Positions 34,001 to 37,423 of a stretch of DNA of 37,423 nt are shown here, one piece after another. Position numbers and translations under genes: made by a program. The DNA comes from Armatimonadota bacterium (GTDB lineage: Bacteria; Armatimonadota; Zipacnadia; Zipacnadales; FEN-943). The stretch covers positions 17,828-55,250 of the forward strand of contig PMZA01000221.1 of the NCBI GenBank assembly GCA_003170595.1. Reading direction: 5' to 3'. Numbering within the stretch: position 1 is the stretch's first letter; each line of letters opens with the position of its first letter. The notes under the pieces were generated by a model, which did no database searches, was not told the DNA's origin, and saw only the letters and a program-made list of their open reading frames with translations.

Positions 34001-34801
34001 GAAGTCCTCGCCTGCCGCCACGATCCGTCCATCCCCACGCCGCCGCCCTGGGGCGATCGTCCTCTCAGCTTCCTCCGCGACGTTCAGCCCATCTTCAACC
34101 GCCATTGCCTTAGCTGCCACACGGGCCTCAAGCCCGCCGGCGGCGTCGACCTCTCGCCCGGTCTCACGGAGAGCAACAACCGCGCCTATGACACCCTCCT
34201 CGACCCGGCCCGCAACCTCGTCACCGTCGCGAGCAAGGGCGACGACACGCGCATCACTCCCGTCCGCGCTTTCGGCTCGCAGGCCAGTCGCCTCGTCGAT
34301 GTTATCCGCCACAGCGCCGGCGCCGCCCTTACCGACGACGAGTGGCGCCGCCTCTATATGTGGATGGACGCCAACGCCGTCTATCACGACGACTTCCTTC
34401 GCAAGCGCCCGCCCTCGGAGCTGCCCTACTCGATCGTGGAGGACAAGGACTTGTGGACCCGCATCGCCGGGGTCGAGCAGCGACGCTGCGCCTCCTGCCA
34501 TAGTGGGGCGAATCTGGCGCGGCCCGAGTGGGTTGACCTCGATGACCCGTCCCGCAGCCTCTTCCTGACGGCTCCGCTCGCCGGTTCGAGAACCCCCACC
34601 GGCAAGCATTGCGATCCCGCTCCCTTCGCCGACCGCAACGATCCCGACTACGCGGCGATGCTCTCGTGGCTGAAGGAGGCCGCCCAGCGAAGCTGGGACC
34701 ACCCTCGCCGCGACCTGCGCTGCTTCGTGGCTCAGCCGTCCCTCCGCCGCGACATCTTCTTCGGCTTTGAGCCCCTCGGCAGGACCGCTCGCCTGCCCTG
34801 A
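31064..34801 (+). CDS. Secreted HzsA-related (hydrazine synthase alpha-like) beta-propeller protein with three CxxCH motifs and two N-terminal repeats
   Basis: GGAGG (31049-31053) + ATG31064 (alternative ATG31088); the longer ORF from 30641 overlaps the upstream gene and a REP. Signal peptide ends '..SFAHA'. Propeller motifs 'LTQLT..WSDLNPCYLPNGDLAFESER' and 'PRVLPDGSIVYSHWEY'. HZS-alpha middle-domain pattern 'ILGTVPVEADGSAQFRVPA..LYFQALD..G..VRRMRT..GEVRSCTGCHE'. Further CLSCH and CASCH motifs. Confidence 0.82.
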   Translation: MPFFRRGHMSVAIAFLLATSFAHANTWGVLTRDGGGRQVAPYLSSLASGEPSVGALRSTTFKLDADTISFTICGWDGAPGQPRLRNHFALCDAESGLALRQVSPPATDAMTPVHWDVVELIGRQVYFRAIDGVSDQAFAWMGVADVRVGDRDLTPRLTPGHLPAGWTEESRPPGLSVDDWLACKPASSRLAIEMDSTAPTWGVITINGERRECKPYLSSLRGGETGTGAVRSPVFVLASPKYTFVAMGADSPTCDAGLNSFQLVDATTFEVLRTAEPPGGNTLVPLSWNTSDLVGRRVFFRAVDTNTAGGYAWMGCDDVPLGAGKVAHFADSAALTGWREEGQPESLLAGVAAAPRSLREMVEAEWLNEDVRRGVRWSLWEQNPPAAPYLLHRLVVIMDADFARARSLLRDFAGAGVKPDDLAAFRATFTRLNQRFSALQGKPQGIKDWQALRHDQRVALRDLAFRNPRLSFPALLFVKRFTQQSYSDINVNHHAWGSRPGGDLCLLTGFGANGDPKVRPLLSGRLGPGNVHGIDLDFDASRIVFAYAQSLTDQPPDGWLSRQATFDLHRTVGLLHLYEMSPDGSRLTQLTRGEWSDLNPCYLPNGDLAFESERCALEIECNEGDKDEPTTNLYAYRRAGGTIDRLTLTKDGDWYPRVLPDGSIVYSHWEYQERSLMFMHSLWFCRPDGTGADNFVKQHFDYPVTLTVPRPIPGSEKLLAIAGGHHTLAAGPVVIVDRAKGMNNPDCLERVTGPDVWPELGGAAPGPSTAGWHASPGQGWYMDPYPLSATTYLASYCDGGMQDEAGYALYLMDVYGGKELLYRDPSISSVMPIPLKPRMRPPNLWSNRDPKMADARLIATNVASGVEGVAPGEVKFLRIAEPVPWSYSNVTGGQRYDPDAKATGVNWTPVRILGTVPVEADGSAQFRVPADTGLYFQALDAQGREVRRMRTYISFRAGEVRSCTGCHETRNEAPSIPRSEVLACRHDPSIPTPPPWGDRPLSFLRDVQPIFNRHCLSCHTGLKPAGGVDLSPGLTESNNRAYDTLLDPARNLVTVASKGDDTRITPVRAFGSQASRLVDVIRHSAGAALTDDEWRRLYMWMDANAVYHDDFLRKRPPSELPYSIVEDKDLWTRIAGVEQRRCASCHSGANLARPEWVDLDDPSRSLFLTAPLAGSRTPTGKHCDPAPFADRNDPDYAAMLSWLKEAAQRSWDHPRRDLRCFVAQPSLRRDIFFGFEPLGRTARLP

Positions 34802-34804
34802 GCC

Positions 34805-37423
34805 CTATCCTTTGATCTTGCAGGCGATATCCTTGTCCACCGGCGGCACGTGCAGCACTAGCTTCCCGCCCGACGCCTTCACCTTCTCGCTGCGCAGCAG
34901 TCGCCCCTCATACGTGTCCCACCACTCGACCGTCCGCGCCCCATCGCCCGCGCCCGCGAGCGTCACCGTCGCCCCGTGGATGGTCGCCGGCTTAGACCCC
35001 GCGATCGCGTTGATCCACGTATGCTGCGTGTTCTGCAGCCACAGCAGCGTCAGCCGCCTGCCTTGCAGCCCCACAACCCGCAGCGTCGCCGGCGCATAGT
35101 TCGACAGCGCGTAGCTCGTGACGCGGATCCAACTGAAGCCGGGCTTGGTATTCTCCAGGCGCACATCGTGGCGCCCGGCCGTCAGCGGCACGGCGTCATC
35201 CTCGTCATATCGGCACTCCCACACCTTCCATTGGTCTGAGAAAGTGCACCGCTTCCCCGGCACGTTCTCAGCCGGGAGGTCACGCTTCAGCACCGTCTTT
35301 CCGTCCACGCCGATCGTCAACTCAGCGTCCGGCGACACGGCCTCCACGTGCAGCGAGAAGGTCCCGGCCTGCGGGCACGTCAGATGGAACGTCGGGTTGA
35401 TGCGAGCTTCCGGACGCCCGGCCGCCAGCAGGAACCCCGGCGCCTCCGAGGCATCGGTGACAGTCCCATCCGGCAGTACGGTGAACTCGGCGACCTTAGC
35501 GCCCACGAGCGGTCCGCTGCCCAGGAACCTCACCAGCCCGCAGTCTCCCCCCGGCGGCGTCACTGTCGTGGCCTGCGCCCGCCGGAAGCCCTCCCGCGGG
35601 AAGTCGACGCCCTCGACGAACTTACGTAGCGCGACGTAGTGCGGGTAGAGGTTCCACCCATCGATATGCTCCCACCACCACGATTGCGCCGACCCTGCCG
35701 CCCCGCCGAGCATGCTCGCCCAGATCCCGTTGTGCTGACACACCCCCTCGCGGTCGAGGAAGGGCTTGGTCCAGTCGGCCCACCACGCGAACTCGGTCAC
35801 CATCAGCGGCTTCGCGAACTCCCCGGTCAGCTTCGCGCACCACTCGCTCATCGTCCGCCCGACGTCCACCGAGTCGTAGTGGTGCAGTTGCGTATACTGC
35901 ACCTCCGGCATCGCCCAGATCGCCGGGTCCTCCACATCCCCCGCGAAGGAGTTGGTGAACAAGCGTTCATAGGGGCATACCTGCCGCAGGTAGGCCGAGG
36001 TCTCCTTCAGGAATGACGCCAGCATCGCGGTCACTGCCTCGGCGCCGGGCTTGCCTGGATACCCCCAGCCCGCCTGCCCATCCCTCTCGACTCCGCCGTC
36101 AATCTCCGCCACCGGCTCCCATGCGATCATGTGCGTGCTGTACCCCCACCGCGCGGCGATGTAGCGCAGGCGCCGCTGGTAGAGCTTCCGCGCCTCCGGG
36201 TTCGTGTAGAAATCGTTCGGCCCGGCGCAGGGCCCGCCTCTCTTCGCCGAGTACGGATTGCTCTCCCACGTCGCCCCGGCCCGCAGCGAGTCATGCACAT
36301 CGAAGGACAGCTTGAAGTAGATGTCGTTCTTCTCCGCAGCCTCAACGAAGCTGTCCATCTTTGCCGCCGCCGTGAGGTTGTATTCCCCCAGCTTGTCCCA
36401 CTCGATGTCGGTGTCATCCGGCATCATGATGAAGTACGTGCAGTTCTCCCCGGCCGCGTGCATCTTCGGAAATAGCGCCCGTGCATCCGCCACGCCCCAG
36501 GCGACGTCGTGTCCGATCGGCACGAAAGCCTTCCCGTTGTCGAAGTCGAAGTAGTGCGGGTCGTCGCGAGAGATGCGCACGAAGCCCGGCGAGTCTGACG
36601 CCGTGCACGCGAAGCCTCCCTGCTCAGACACCGCCGCCCCACCCCGATCGCGCACCCTCACCCGGTATGTCCACCGCCCCGTCTCCGTCGGGCAGAACCT
36701 CACGCGCCAACTGGCCGCGCCCTTCGGCTCCCACGAACATCGCGTCGGGAAGCCGCGCCAGTCCCAGGTCAGGTGGTTCCACTGGTTCGGCTTCAGCCCC
36801 TCGCTCCCCACCTGCCAGCTTGTGATCGGCGAGTTCCCGCCCAGCGCGTCGGCGAAGTAGAGGTTGACCGTCCCCAGCGGCTCGCCCACCCGTGGATAGA
36901 CCCATAGCGACACCCCGTCGTACGCCGACCAGTCCGCCCCGTTCAGCGGCAGGATCGCCCCGGGCCATTCCTCCGCGCCGCCGCTTATCTCCGTCCGAAA
37001 GCGCAGCGACCGCTTGCCCCTGTGGACGATCTCCTCGCTCGGCGCCACCCACTTCGGCAGGTACCACCGCGTCTCAGGTTTCTCCATGTCGTCGACCAGG
37101 GCCATCTTCCCCGTGGCGGCCTCACGCAGCTCAACGTCATCGAGGAAGAATTCCACCGAGGGATGCGCCGCCCACACGCCCTTGTCCTCGATGTAGAACT
37201 TGAGCATGGTCATATGCTGTCGCGCCTGCGCCGGGGTCATGGTCGTGACGGCATGCTCCTGGTACCAGAAGCCGGGCACGGTGAGGGTCTTGCCGGACGG
37301 CGCGGTGAACTCGCCCGACACGTTCACCTGATCCGGGTCGTAGGGGTTGCTCCACTGCCCGGTGATCTGCGGCGTCAGTTCGAGTTTCCCATACCGCGGC
37401 ACCTGCGCGGCTGAGGCCTGGAC
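34805..37423 (-). CDS. 5'-truncated DUF5060-domain, clan GH-A-like glycoside hydrolase with CBM-like insertions
   Basis: Frame is open to the window end. 'NPYDPDQVNVSGEFTAPSGKTLTVPGFW' and 'WRVRFCPTETGRWTY' (DUF5060). 'YFDFDNGKAFVPIG', 'LRYIAARWGYSTHMIAWE', 'KPLMVTEF', 'WWW'. C-terminal 'VEWWDTYEG' module. Confidence 0.78.
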   Translation of the reverse strand, partial: VQASAAQVPRYGKLELTPQITGQWSNPYDPDQVNVSGEFTAPSGKTLTVPGFWYQEHAVTTMTPAQARQHMTMLKFYIEDKGVWAAHPSVEFFLDDVELREAATGKMALVDDMEKPETRWYLPKWVAPSEEIVHRGKRSLRFRTEISGGAEEWPGAILPLNGADWSAYDGVSLWVYPRVGEPLGTVNLYFADALGGNSPITSWQVGSEGLKPNQWNHLTWDWRGFPTRCSWEPKGAASWRVRFCPTETGRWTYRVRVRDRGGAAVSEQGGFACTASDSPGFVRISRDDPHYFDFDNGKAFVPIGHDVAWGVADARALFPKMHAAGENCTYFIMMPDDTDIEWDKLGEYNLTAAAKMDSFVEAAEKNDIYFKLSFDVHDSLRAGATWESNPYSAKRGGPCAGPNDFYTNPEARKLYQRRLRYIAARWGYSTHMIAWEPVAEIDGGVERDGQAGWGYPGKPGAEAVTAMLASFLKETSAYLRQVCPYERLFTNSFAGDVEDPAIWAMPEVQYTQLHHYDSVDVGRTMSEWCAKLTGEFAKPLMVTEFAWWADWTKPFLDREGVCQHNGIWASMLGGAAGSAQSWWWEHIDGWNLYPHYVALRKFVEGVDFPREGFRRAQATTVTPPGGDCGLVRFLGSGPLVGAKVAEFTVLPDGTVTDASEAPGFLLAAGRPEARINPTFHLTCPQAGTFSLHVEAVSPDAELTIGVDGKTVLKRDLPAENVPGKRCTFSDQWKVWECRYDEDDAVPLTAGRHDVRLENTKPGFSWIRVTSYALSNYAPATLRVVGLQGRRLTLLWLQNTQHTWINAIAGSKPATIHGATVTLAGAGDGARTVEWWDTYEGRLLRSEKVKASGGKLVLHVPPVDKDIACKIKG

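Noticed and set aside
32711-34702. Long antisense ORFs (663 aa here; also 20185-21927, 24587-26251, 4679-6319, 18728-20269)
   Set aside because: They lie opposite well-supported genes, have no recognisable motifs, and are the expected shadow ORFs of high-GC codon bias.
31064-34801. Anammox hydrazine synthase (hzsA) call
   Set aside because: No hzsB/hzsC are adjacent, the protein has extra N-terminal repeats, and the context is heterotrophic glycan use. The similarity supports only an HzsA-related fold.
1-37423. tRNA, rRNA, transposase, integrase, phage or defence genes
   Set aside because: None recognised; intergenic spaces are short and are accounted for by RBSs, hairpins and linkers.

Overview
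A high-GC bacterial window (about 68-70% by eye) that is almost entirely coding: 16 supportable CDSs, two of them cut by the window edges. It is dominated by large, mostly signal-peptide-bearing, multi-domain carbohydrate-active proteins. These include two DUF4091/GH123-like proteins, a WbsX/GH99-like hydrolase, a GH39-like protein, a GH3 with PA14, an NPCBM + (alpha/alpha)6-barrel protein, two five-bladed propeller hydrolase domains, a LamG/TIM-barrel/malectin protein and a DUF5060/clan GH-A protein. Also present are a Cys-type sulfatase facing its anaerobic radical-SAM maturase, a degenerate M24-fold protein, a DUF6785/DUF6784-type polytopic membrane protein, and a secreted hydrazine-synthase-alpha-like protein with three CxxCH motifs and two N-terminal repeats. 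No SusC/SusD, ABC transporter or regulator is visible. The gene mix suggests (inference only) a lineage such as Armatimonadota or the PVC group. Intergenic DNA carries a family of GTAG-headed REP-like hairpins (six copies, with compensatory base-pair changes), plus variant and nested hairpins. The most notable items are the heme-c HzsA-like protein inside a glycan locus, two apparently circularly permuted CBM-like inserts, an in-frame NAGPA/propeller fusion that keeps an internal RBS+ATG, and non-canonical catalytic motifs in several enzymes. All family assignments come from motif recognition by eye, not database searches.
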